From contig CAZYRH010000001.1 in NCBI GenBank assembly GCA_964650395.1, positions 6-64,005 on the forward strand: a stretch of 64,000 bases of DNA. Direction: 5' to 3'. This stretch comes from an uncultured Ignavibacteriales bacterium. Its GTDB lineage: Bacteria; Zixibacteria; MSB-5A5; GN15; FEB-12. The notes below the pieces were generated by a model. That model saw only the letters and a list, made by a program, of their open reading frames with translations. It did not search any database and was not told where the DNA came from. A program made the position numbers and the translations under genes. Below, in pieces: positions 9,531-18,288 of the stretch (position 1 is the stretch's first letter; each line of letters begins with the position of its first letter).

Positions 9531-10340
9531 CTATTCGCTCAATTCAATGTATTCGGGAACCGGACCTCGACCCAGCGTGGCAATATCGGGTATCCGTCGT
9601 TTGAAGGAATTTCTGTTCAGAAGCGAAACAACCCGACTAATATCGGTGGGGCTAAACCCTTCCCCTTCCAACGTGTTTATAGAGGTTTCCCTGTCGTCTA
9701 CAAGACGCCGCAAGAGGCGGTCAATCTCCTCATATTGAACGCCAATCTCACTTTCATCCGTCTGACCAATCCATAAATCAGCCGAGGGAATCTTTTTGAC
9801 GATGGTCTCAGGCACTGACAGGGCTTTGGCAAGCAGACGCACTTCCGTTTTATACAGTTCGCCAATAGGGTTGAGGGAACAAGCTGCATCGCCAAACCAT
9901 GTTGTGTAACCTAAACATATCTCGGTTCGGTTGCCGGTTCCAAGTACTAGACAGTCAAGCTCCTGGGCAATGTCAAAAAGAATCGACATTCTCTCGCGAG
10001 CCATTTTGTTGCCGGCCCTCAGCTTGTTTGTCTGATTGATTTGCGGGAAGTAAGCGTCAATCATCGGAGTAATGTCAACTGTACGATGTTTAATACCGAG
10101 TTTTTTTGCTAGTTCGACAGCGTCAACGACTGAGCTCTCAGAAGATGTTCGATAAGGCATGAGCACGCCCGCGACTTTCTCTTCACCCACGGCTTCAACC
10201 GCAAGCGTCGCCGACACGGATGAGTCAATGCCGCCCGAAAGACCAACTACGTATCTCTTCAACCCCGATTGCAGGAGCTTACTTGAAATAAATCTCTTTA
10301 TGGTAGTAGTTGCCTTGTCAATTTCAAGCGTTGTCGTCAT
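9531..10340 (-). CDS. nadE: NH3-dependent NAD+ synthetase
   Basis: PP-loop motif GLSGGIDSSV. I chose the ATG at 10340 because GGAGAAGG lies 8 nt upstream. The track start at 10370 is a TTG. Confidence 0.9.
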   Translation of the reverse strand: MTTTLEIDKATTTIKRFISSKLLQSGLKRYVVGLSGGIDSSVSATLAVEAVGEEKVAGVLMPYRTSSESSVVDAVELAKKLGIKHRTVDITPMIDAYFPQINQTNKLRAGNKMARERMSILFDIAQELDCLVLGTGNRTEICLGYTTWFGDAACSLNPIGELYKTEVRLLAKALSVPETIVKKIPSADLWIGQTDESEIGVQYEEIDRLLRRLVDDRETSINTLEGEGFSPTDISRVVSLLNRNSFKRRIPDIATLGRGPVPEYIELSE

Positions 10341-10451
10341 AGCATAGACCTTCTCCAAGCCGGTAAACAATATGCTTTTTGTATGTCGCTATCAAGAAAA
10401 ATGTTGCTCTTATTGACAGACCAACAGAGCGACACTACTTTGCACTTGCCC

Positions 10452-10992
10452 ATGGTTCACCATATTGTTATCACTGGCGCACCGGCGTCAGGTAAGACTG
10501 TGTTTCTCGAAAGGCTCAAAAAAAACCCCCGATTTCTCCGATTTTATTTTCTTTAATGAACTGGCCCGCCAACTTCTTTCTCGGAATCCGCAGTACAGAA
10601 AAAACTGGGGTGAGTTTCATGTCAAATTGTATCACCAGCAAGTGGCGTTGGAAGAGCAGGCTCACAACCGGTCCTTTATTGCCGACCGGGGAACGGTTGA
10701 TGCCTTTGCCTTTCACCCGGAAACCATGTCCAGTGTCGGAACAACTCTCGAAAGGGAATACCAAAGATACAGCGCGGTGATGCAACTGGGCACTGCGGCT
10801 GTGCTTGGAGACAGGTTCTATCAACGGGACACCATTCGAAATGAACCAGCCTCGGCTACCATTGCAATTGAACAGGCCATCACTGATGTATGGCGGGCAC
10901 ATCCACGATACTTTTTTGTCAAAGCGGAGATTGATTTCGAAAAAAAATATCGTACCTTTTTACAAATAGCGAAGAGACTGACTAGTGATTGA
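10452..10992 (+). pseudogene. P-loop ATPase (AAA_28-like) split by a +1 frameshift in an A8C5 homopolymer
   Basis: The ATG at 10452 encodes MVHHIVITGAPASGKTVFLERLKK (Walker A) and terminates at 10554. The rest of the protein continues in the +1 frame from about 10513 to 10992. Deleting one A from the run at 10518-10525 restores a single 179-aa ORF. Confidence 0.65.
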
Positions 10993-11069
10993 TGGCTGGC
11001 ATAATTAAACAAATGTGCGGATCAAACGTCATTAGTAAAGAGAATCAATCCTTTAGCGGGGAGAGAGAT

Positions 11070-13289
11070 ATGAAAACAAAATTGTTCTTCGTGATCATCG
11101 TCGTATCCGGTCTATTGGCAGGTGCTGTATCGGCTGAGTCGACATTCTTTAAGAAGTTCAAACAGGACTATGCTGCTTTGGATATGGACTTATTGAACAA
11201 CATGGGCGAGCTGGCTACGATCAAGGATTTTGTTTACCACAAAGATGTTGCCACCTTTACGTTCCGTGAAGGGACCATTCATCTGCTGCGTTATGTGGAA
11301 GGGCGGCCGACAACGGCCATATTCGTGGGGAGGGGTAATGCCAAAATAGAAGTTCCCTCGCATGTGGAACGACAGGGATTGGAGTGCGTGACCAAGGACA
11401 GTCTGGTGGATGAGGACTTTGAAGTGGCTTTCATTCGCATGGCAGACGACTTTGACCTCAAGCTCAAGGAAAAATTCACCTTTAAGCCTAAAGAGCTTTC
11501 CTGGAAAACGTTCACTATAGCCAAGCAAGCTCAGGGAGAAGTCTTTTTTAAGCCGAGGATACTTCATACTTATGATAACTACTTCCAACTAATACGATCG
11601 CTTTACGAACGTTCCAGCGACGGATATTTCTGGATTGACTTTAGCCGGTATGTATTCACGTTCGATCCCAACCGGCCTCAGCAGGTGGTAGTTGCCTACG
11701 AGCTGGGTGTTTCAGATATTGTAACCAAGGAAGCGGCGGTCTTTCAGAGAAAAGAGCTGGGCATCTATGATGACAGCCTGGTATCCGATATATCATATTC
11801 CACCACCATCATTGAAAAACACGGTAGGATCGAGATGGCCGGCTCTGACGGACTTGATATTGGGCAAGCAGAGGTTATCGTAAAGGTTTTGATAAATGCC
11901 GACAGTATGAAATTTGTGTCGTTATTTCTCCCTACCACGCTTAGTGAGGATTCGATATACCTTGATGGCCAACCGGTTGATTATTACCGAAGAAAGGACT
12001 TTGAATTCATCGGCATTATTCTGTCTGAGTATCGATACCGGGGAGATACACTACAGTCCACACTATGGTATAAGGGAAAGAATATTGACCGCTTTATGCC
12101 GTATGTTGAAAATCCGCAGGCGTGTGTTAATACTTTCACCTTTATTATCCCTAAGGGCTTCAATTACTATATGCCCGGTATGAGTAAGGTTGAACCATTG
12201 GACGACAAGAGAGACCAGTTTACGGTTTCGTCTTCTAATCTGTACAACAAATTTTATTTCCATGCCTATGCTTCAGATATTGATACTATAGCTGTGCCCT
12301 CCGATATCGGGATCACGTTGAACTTTTTGAAACAAAAGCACATTCCCAAGAGATTGCTCACCTGTTTCATTTCCGATCAGCAATTTCAAAGCTCCATTGA
12401 GGACGCGTTTAATTACATGGCCGCCCATCTTGGCGGCCCACCCAATACCTTTGTGGAGTATATCGTCCCGGAGCGGACAAGGAGCATGCCGGGGCTGATC
12501 CAGACTCCACAAACAGCTTGCGTTAACGAGGGGGCGATGGAAGCATCGGGTGGGTTTGACGTTGTTGCCGGGGTCGCTGTTGGCAAGCAGTGGTTTGGAT
12601 CGCTGTTAAGGCCGGTATCAGACCGAGAGATGTGGATTGCGGATGCTCTCCCACACTATCTGGCGCTCATGTTTCTTCAGAATCAGCGGGGGACACCATA
12701 TTACACCAACCTTCTCAGCCGCCGCGACTCGATTTTTACCCAGGCCAAACGCGACCGGGATATGCCTCTTGCGACTGGGAAGAAGGCAATGGCCTACGTT
12801 CGAGTTAACAAAGGGGTCTGGTTGCTTCATATGCTCAGGTTTTTAATGTATGATTTGGAGACGCAGTCCGAAGGGAGCTTCCTGCGATTTTTGCAGGAGT
12901 TGTCTATGACCTGCAATACCAGGCAGTTCACGAATAGAGACTTCATAGACCTTGCCGAAAAACAGTATGGCCAATCGCTGGACTGGTTCTTCAAGCAGTG
13001 GCTTTACGGACGGGGTTTCCCGGAGTACGAAGTCGAGTACAAGATCAATCAACAGGACGGTGAGTACTTTATAAATGCACAAGCGGAAACCAAAGGGGTA
13101 GACGCAAATTTCACCATGCCGGTTGTTATGCGAGTAGTGGGGGGTGATGGAGAATCAACTTATTTCAGACAGGCCATCGGTGGGTCGAAAACGGAATTTG
13201 AGCTGGGTCCGTTTGCAAGTCAACCCCAAAAGCTGGTTTTCAACGAGTTCTTTAGTGTGTTGTCAAAGGATAAGGTGAAGAAAAGATAA
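11070..13289 (+). CDS. Secreted M1-aminopeptidase-like protein lacking the zinc-binding motif
   Basis: Signal peptide MKTKLFFVIIVVSGLLAGAVSA, with GGGGAGAG upstream of the ATG at 11070. It has a GAMEN-like motif (GAMEA). The HExxH-x18-E position reads GVAVGKQWFG...WIADALPHY. Confidence 0.7.
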   Translation: MKTKLFFVIIVVSGLLAGAVSAESTFFKKFKQDYAALDMDLLNNMGELATIKDFVYHKDVATFTFREGTIHLLRYVEGRPTTAIFVGRGNAKIEVPSHVERQGLECVTKDSLVDEDFEVAFIRMADDFDLKLKEKFTFKPKELSWKTFTIAKQAQGEVFFKPRILHTYDNYFQLIRSLYERSSDGYFWIDFSRYVFTFDPNRPQQVVVAYELGVSDIVTKEAAVFQRKELGIYDDSLVSDISYSTTIIEKHGRIEMAGSDGLDIGQAEVIVKVLINADSMKFVSLFLPTTLSEDSIYLDGQPVDYYRRKDFEFIGIILSEYRYRGDTLQSTLWYKGKNIDRFMPYVENPQACVNTFTFIIPKGFNYYMPGMSKVEPLDDKRDQFTVSSSNLYNKFYFHAYASDIDTIAVPSDIGITLNFLKQKHIPKRLLTCFISDQQFQSSIEDAFNYMAAHLGGPPNTFVEYIVPERTRSMPGLIQTPQTACVNEGAMEASGGFDVVAGVAVGKQWFGSLLRPVSDREMWIADALPHYLALMFLQNQRGTPYYTNLLSRRDSIFTQAKRDRDMPLATGKKAMAYVRVNKGVWLLHMLRFLMYDLETQSEGSFLRFLQELSMTCNTRQFTNRDFIDLAEKQYGQSLDWFFKQWLYGRGFPEYEVEYKINQQDGEYFINAQAETKGVDANFTMPVVMRVVGGDGESTYFRQAIGGSKTEFELGPFASQPQKLVFNEFFSVLSKDKVKKR

Positions 13290-13480
13290 ACTTGGGGCTA
13301 ATATACAGTGTCAGGTAATGATACCCAATGTGCAGTTCCACCGCACTCACTATGACAGGTAATAGATATGTGAACACGTGCCATGGCTCCCTCGCTGCAG
13401 GCAGAGTCGAAGGGTAAGTGACGTCAACAGAAAGGTAACTTAAGGCAGAATCATGGTGAGTGTTGAGATAGTGCCAGGAA

Positions 13481-14389
13481 ATGGCGCGGCGTAGCTTGCT
13501 TGCACCAGTGACCAGTTTGCTGAGAACTCTCAAGTCAACTGGTCCCTTTTTACGTCATTATGTTGGTGGCTTGTACTACAGGATCGACGAGCACCATGTT
13601 TTCCTGCTGGCGGGAGGCTTGGCATTCTCGTTGTTTGTCTGTATTATCCCTTTCGTTCTTATCATCTTCGCGGCTTTGGGCATTGTTTTGGAAGCGTCAT
13701 CCCTTGAGCGGGAAATAACCTCTTACATAGATAAATTCATCCCGTACGAGACGTACGCCTCTTATGTCAAGGAGTTTATCACTTCACGTCTCGAAGAGTT
13801 CCGCGTCTACAAGAACGTAGCTGGTTATGTGGGAGTTGTAGGCTTATTGTTTGCTGCCAGTGGGCTGTTTAGCAGTATGAGGACAGTATTGAACAGGATT
13901 TACAAAGTTGATATCGGTAAGCATGTAATTATCGCAAAACTGAGAGACTTTGGAATGATTCTTTTGGTGCTGCTGTTTTTCTTGATTTCAACAACCTCGC
14001 TGCCGGTAATGGAGATCATTAAGGACTCGGCCTACAAGATCGAGTTTTTGAATCTCTTCCAGTTGAGCTTTGTCCAAAATGTCACATTTAGGGTGATATC
14101 TTTCGCACTAGTATTTATCGTTTTTTTCACTCTCTATTACCTCATCCCATATGGCAAACTGAGCAAAAAAGTAACCGCCGTCAGCGCGCTCTCGGCTACG
14201 TTGCTCTGGGAAATCGCCAAGCAGGCCTTTGGGTTCTACATCACCAATTTTGCTTCTCTCAAGAGGTTTTACGGCACCTATGTGCTGATGATTGTCGTTG
14301 CTTTTTGGATTTATTATTCATCTATAACCTTCATCCTTGGTGCGGAAATCGGGCAACTGTACCGAGAGCGTCGTGGGAAGCCCAGCTAA
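13481..14389 (+). CDS. YihY/BrkB-family inner membrane protein
   Basis: 302 aa and polytopic. HHVFLLAGGLAFSLFVCIIPF and the C-terminal Y..S..F.LGAE motif are typical of the family. Confidence 0.8.
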   Translation: MARRSLLAPVTSLLRTLKSTGPFLRHYVGGLYYRIDEHHVFLLAGGLAFSLFVCIIPFVLIIFAALGIVLEASSLEREITSYIDKFIPYETYASYVKEFITSRLEEFRVYKNVAGYVGVVGLLFAASGLFSSMRTVLNRIYKVDIGKHVIIAKLRDFGMILLVLLFFLISTTSLPVMEIIKDSAYKIEFLNLFQLSFVQNVTFRVISFALVFIVFFTLYYLIPYGKLSKKVTAVSALSATLLWEIAKQAFGFYITNFASLKRFYGTYVLMIVVAFWIYYSSITFILGAEIGQLYRERRGKPS

Positions 14390-14430
14390 GCACGTATAAT
14401 ATCATTTTTTGATTGTGATAGTATAAAAAT

Positions 14431-14460
14431 GTAGGGTAGGAGTCTCCGACTCCTGCCTAT
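14431..14460 (+). repeat. REP-like hairpin GTAGGGYAGGAGTC-TCC-GACTCCTGCC (copy 1 of 4)
   Basis: The stem is 10 bp including one G-U pair. Related copies lie at 51171-51197, 62466-62495 and 63406-63434. Each sits 17-53 nt after a stop codon, in the same orientation relative to the upstream gene. Confidence 0.8.
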
Positions 14461-14495
14461 TGCCTGTTAGGTGCGCTAAGAGTGGTATTGCGACT

Positions 14496-14996
14496 CTATT
14501 CCGTGGAACGGATGGTACGGATGAGCTCTCCCGGGGAAGTGATAGACATCAACTCGTCCCGGAACGATTCGTACTGAAGCATCTCGCCCAAACTTTTGAA
14601 TATCCGGAGATACAAGGTGTCATCGTAGGGAGGAGCGGCCATGATAAAGAACAAATGCGTTGGACAATTGTCTAAAGCGCCGAAGTCGTATCCCTGGGTG
14701 GAGCGGGCAAAAGCAATCATAAAGTCCTTTGCCTGCACGGACCTGATGTGCGGTATCGCAACGCCGTGTCCAATGCCGGTGGAGGCTTTCTTTTCACGGT
14801 TGATGAAGTCAAGCAGGAGCTTGTTGCTGTTGCCGATGCGAGCGCCATGTTGGAGAAGGTCGACCAATTCCAACAAAATGAGTTCCTTACTACGCTGGCG
14901 CCACTTCTCAATGGATACCCCCTCTTCGGGAGGGGCAATCTCAGTGGTCATCTCCAGTTTGACCATACTCTCGTTAAAGCAGCGTGCAAGATTCAT
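14496..14996 (-). CDS. ptsN: PTS IIA-like nitrogen regulatory protein
   Basis: PTS_EIIA_2 signature STGIGHGVAIPHIR. I chose the start at M14 of the track ORF (MNLARCF...), which gives a family-typical length of about 166 aa. Confidence 0.8.
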   Translation of the reverse strand: MNLARCFNESMVKLEMTTEIAPPEEGVSIEKWRQRSKELILLELVDLLQHGARIGNSNKLLLDFINREKKASTGIGHGVAIPHIRSVQAKDFMIAFARSTQGYDFGALDNCPTHLFFIMAAPPYDDTLYLRIFKSLGEMLQYESFRDELMSITSPGELIRTIRSTE

Positions 14997-15390
14997 ATTG
15001 ATGGTTATCGGCATCACACAGTATAAATTTTGCATGAAAATAGCTATGTTTGCTCCTGTTTGTCAATAGCCGGTCACTTGAGCCGACAATAGCATCTGAA
15101 ACGGATATGAAGTATTCCGACGATCACAGAAGGTTAACTGAAGAGATATTCTTTGACGCAGCACAGAGGGAACAATCACCATTTGTAGTTTGGCGTTGAG
15201 CTATCGTTTCGAATGGGATCAGTCTTTTGTTTCTTGTTCTGGCACTTAGATACAATCACAGTTTGAAGCAGTACGTTTACCTGCAATGTGTAGCATCCCC
15301 ATAACAACCACATGAACTTCTGCCACTACGGTTGGGAAGCTCTTAGCTTTTCAGGTCAGAAGCGATCCAGGTGTGCCTCGCCGAAGAGCT

Positions 15391-15651
15391 CTAACTGCCA
15401 GGCGACTGACTTGACTTATTGCTGCCCTCGCTTTCGGGACGTCCCTTAATAAGCAGCGCGATGGGAATCAGAACGCAGTACCCCAGCACGAGCAGAATTG
15501 GAGCTAAGGTAATCGAACCCTCTCCGAGGGTGATGTACCCGATTATTATGACCACCAGCGCCAGAGCAAAAATTAGGTAGTTCTTCTTGCCGAAGGGCCA
15601 CCTGACTTGTTCCTGGTTCGAATCAGTCGTTTTTTTTGTTTTTACTGCCAT
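15391..15651 (-). CDS. Small membrane protein (DUF3098-like)
   Basis: 86 aa. A basic N-terminus with WPFGKKNY is followed by two TM helices, which resembles the DUF3098 family common in Bacteroidota-like genomes. Confidence 0.5.
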   Translation of the reverse strand: MAVKTKKTTDSNQEQVRWPFGKKNYLIFALALVVIIIGYITLGEGSITLAPILLVLGYCVLIPIALLIKGRPESEGSNKSSQSPGS

Positions 15652-15703
15652 GATTCAACTGATCTGTATTAAAACTAAAACTTGCCTTTTGTCAAGTAAT
15701 TTT

Positions 15704-16960
15704 CTAAGTCGCCGTTTTCCCGTGGTTAATTTCCTTATACCACGGCCATAGCCCGGCCGCCCAGATAAACATCAACATTTGACGAACTTCCTCGTCGGCA
15801 AATGTGGCTTCAAAAAGGGAAGTTACAAAGAAAACAATCGAACCCAGCAGAGCCGCCAGCAAAAAGCTTTCGTCCGGTTCTCCACTCCGCTTTGTTCGCC
15901 AACCTTTCCAGAAGTAACCGATTGCCGCTACCCACATCCCTGCAAAAAAGACAGCTCCGGGAATACCTGAAAAGGCGGCAATATTAAGCAGGTCGTTGTG
16001 GGCATGGACATGTTTTCGCTTTTCGGGGATGCCCGGCCGAAGGTAGGCGGAATAAGCAGCCTTAAAATTCCCCTGTCCCACGCCAAACGCCGGGTTTTCT
16101 CCTACCACTTTGAGCGAATTTTTCCAGATGAAGACCCGGCCGCCCTCGTAGACGCCACCTAAGTCTTTATCAGTTTTACCACTGAAGCGAGTTGTTAGCC
16201 CCGGCATGATGATAACTATGGCCACTGCGAGTACTGCAATGGTGCCAAGAGAAAAGAAAAGATACCTCCGCCCGATCATCAGTCCCAGTAACACCAGAGC
16301 GATGGCCATGCCGGCTATGGCGCCTCTGCTGTAGCTCAGTACAGTGGCAATCATGCTAAGCAAGGATGAAGAAATGAAAAAGAGCCGTAGGGGTTTCGTT
16401 AGCCACTTGCTCCCTGCCAGAGCGTATCCGGCCAGGAAAAGGGAGGCGGTGCCGTAGTAGTTGCCGAAGGTAAGAGGATGAGAAAAGTTGCCATAGGCCA
16501 GGTAACCAAAATCAGAAGCTGCTTTGAGCGGGGTGGCCTTAAACCAGTGGATTCCGGTGAAGTGCTGGATTATACCGTAGATTGAAATAAGCATTACGCC
16601 AGCGGCAAAAGCGACTACCAGTTTGTTCCGGCAGCTGGGAGAGTGAAATAGGAAGACTCCAATTGGAATTACACAAAAAAGCCATTCCTCTTTTATAATC
16701 AGTGTTGACTTAAGCGGGGTAGATCCAAGCAAAGCTGACAACAACATCCAAAAGATATAGAGAGCGATAAATAGATAAAACCACTTCAATGAAGGTGGGA
16801 ACGGATTATAGCGTGACACAATGGCAATGGTAAGAAACATGATTAAGCACACGCCTAATGAGATTTGAGCGAGAGCGATGGAAAAGGCGGAGCTGAAGAT
16901 AAACAGCGCAAAAAAGTAAAACAGAGCTTGGTTGAGGGACTTGAGGCTATGATTAGTCAT
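15704..16960 (-). CDS. O-antigen ligase / Wzy_C family membrane protein
   Basis: About 10-12 TM helices, a periplasmic loop containing HAHNDLLN, and SYSRGAIAGM. The start overlaps the gmhA stop by 4 nt. Confidence 0.75.
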   Translation of the reverse strand: MTNHSLKSLNQALFYFFALFIFSSAFSIALAQISLGVCLIMFLTIAIVSRYNPFPPSLKWFYLFIALYIFWMLLSALLGSTPLKSTLIIKEEWLFCVIPIGVFLFHSPSCRNKLVVAFAAGVMLISIYGIIQHFTGIHWFKATPLKAASDFGYLAYGNFSHPLTFGNYYGTASLFLAGYALAGSKWLTKPLRLFFISSSLLSMIATVLSYSRGAIAGMAIALVLLGLMIGRRYLFFSLGTIAVLAVAIVIIMPGLTTRFSGKTDKDLGGVYEGGRVFIWKNSLKVVGENPAFGVGQGNFKAAYSAYLRPGIPEKRKHVHAHNDLLNIAAFSGIPGAVFFAGMWVAAIGYFWKGWRTKRSGEPDESFLLAALLGSIVFFVTSLFEATFADEEVRQMLMFIWAAGLWPWYKEINHGKTAT

Positions 16961-17547
16961 CGAAAGAGATCACTTTCGACTAATTCAACCAATAGATGGA
17001 TAACAAATATATGCTCTTCCTGTATCCTTTGAGTTGACGGATGAGGGATAATCAGAGCTCGGTCGACAATACCACTCAGCTTCCCTCCTTTATCGCCCAG
17101 AAGGCCGGAGGTTAAGAGCCCGAGTTCCTTTGCTGTATGTGCAGCTTTAACCAGGTTCGATGAGTTACCGGAGGTCGATATGACAAACAGCATGTCACCC
17201 TTGTTGCCAATTCCTTGAATCTGGCGGGCAAAGACGTTTTCATACCCGAAGTCGTTAGCGGCGGCTGTCATTATGGCCGGGTCTGTACAAAGAGCTATGG
17301 CAGGCAATGCCTGTCGGTTTCTGTCCGCCGTTAATCTCACGATCATCTCCCCGGAAAAGTGGCAGGCGTCGGCAGCTGAACCACCGTTGCCCGCAATCAG
17401 AATTTTGCCTCCCGAACCAATCACACCGGAAATGACGGCCGCCATCTCCAGAATCTGCTCACCAAGCCCGTCAACAACGGACTTGCGCAGGATAGCAGTT
17501 TCGCAGGCTAACTTTTTTAGTTGCGCCAACCGCTTGTCTTTCTTCAT
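16957..17547 (-). CDS. gmhA: D-sedoheptulose-7-phosphate isomerase (SIS domain)
   Basis: GNGGSAADACHFSGEM, ISTSGNSSNL and RIQEEHIFVIH match GmhA closely. Confidence 0.85.
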   Translation of the reverse strand: MKKDKRLAQLKKLACETAILRKSVVDGLGEQILEMAAVISGVIGSGGKILIAGNGGSAADACHFSGEMIVRLTADRNRQALPAIALCTDPAIMTAAANDFGYENVFARQIQGIGNKGDMLFVISTSGNSSNLVKAAHTAKELGLLTSGLLGDKGGKLSGIVDRALIIPHPSTQRIQEEHIFVIHLLVELVESDLFR

Positions 17548-18281
17548 ACAGCGACAGACTCCTTAGGATGAGTGGCTGCGGTTAGCTCGCACAGGAGAGC
17601 AAAGGTGGGATCGTTCTCGAGTCCGGTACCGACTACTATAAACGATGCCCCGGCTTCGATCCGCGCTGCACACTCTTCAGCGGTGGTCAAACCTCCTCCG
17701 ACCAGCATTGGTATATCGATATAAGAAGCCACAGCACGAATCATCTCTTCAGGCACAGGTTGTTGGGCGCCGGAACCTGCCTCCAGATAGACGATTTTCA
17801 TCCCCAGATACTGGGCAGCCAGGGCGTGGGCAGAGGCGATATCGTACTTTGTGCGAGGAATTGGATGGGTGCCTGATATGTATTGTACGGATGTCTGCAT
17901 CCCCGATTCAACAAGCATGTAGCCTGTGGGTATCGGCTCCAGGTCAAACCGTTTCACCAGCGGCGCCCCCCGAACCTGTTCGTCGATCAGGTAGTTAGGG
18001 TTTCGTCCGGATATGAGTGATGTAAACAGGATAGCATCGGCATCGGGAGTGACCTGCGCAAATGAACCGGGGAAAATGATAACCGGTAGAGGCGTGACCC
18101 CTTTTATCTGTTTCACAGCAGAGGCAAAGTTAGTGTTAAGCATAAACGATGTGCCAACTAAGATAGCATCGACGCCGCACTCTTCGGCAGCTTCGGAGAG
18201 CGAAAGATAAACCCTCTCAGTTACTCGGTCAGGGTCAATCAGAAGAAAGAACCCCCCGCCCCGCTGTTCTTTCACCATCAT
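17544..18281 (-). CDS. (Geranyl)geranylglyceryl-phosphate synthase family protein (GGGPS/PcrB)
   Basis: FLLIDPDR, YLEAGSGA and LVGGGLTT....IEAGASFIVVGT are the family motifs. I chose the ATG at 18281, which begins 7 nt after the alaS stop. The track start at 18323 would overlap alaS by 35 nt. The stop overlaps the gmhA ATG (ATGA). Confidence 0.8.
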   Translation of the reverse strand: MMVKEQRGGGFFLLIDPDRVTERVYLSLSEAAEECGVDAILVGTSFMLNTNFASAVKQIKGVTPLPVIIFPGSFAQVTPDADAILFTSLISGRNPNYLIDEQVRGAPLVKRFDLEPIPTGYMLVESGMQTSVQYISGTHPIPRTKYDIASAHALAAQYLGMKIVYLEAGSGAQQPVPEEMIRAVASYIDIPMLVGGGLTTAEECAARIEAGASFIVVGTGLENDPTFALLCELTAATHPKESVAV

Positions 18282-18288
18282 TAATCTA

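Noticed and set aside
15036-15390. 355-nt gene-free gap after ptsN, containing a TGGCAC string (15239-15244) and a 7-bp inverted repeat AGCTCTT...AAGAGCT (about 15328-15380). I considered a small RNA (6S or SRP-like) or a sigma-54 promoter.
   Set aside because: TGGCAC is followed by TTAGATACA, with no TTGC at -12, and no downstream plus-strand gene exists. The SRP-like resemblance (CAGGTCAG) lacks the GGAA tetraloop and AGCA symmetric-loop motifs. A covariance-model scan (Rfam) would be needed.
15615-15624. GGTTCGAATC, a tRNA T-arm-like string
   Set aside because: It lies inside the small DUF3098-like CDS. No acceptor stem or anticodon arm can be folded around it. I found no tRNA elsewhere in the window.
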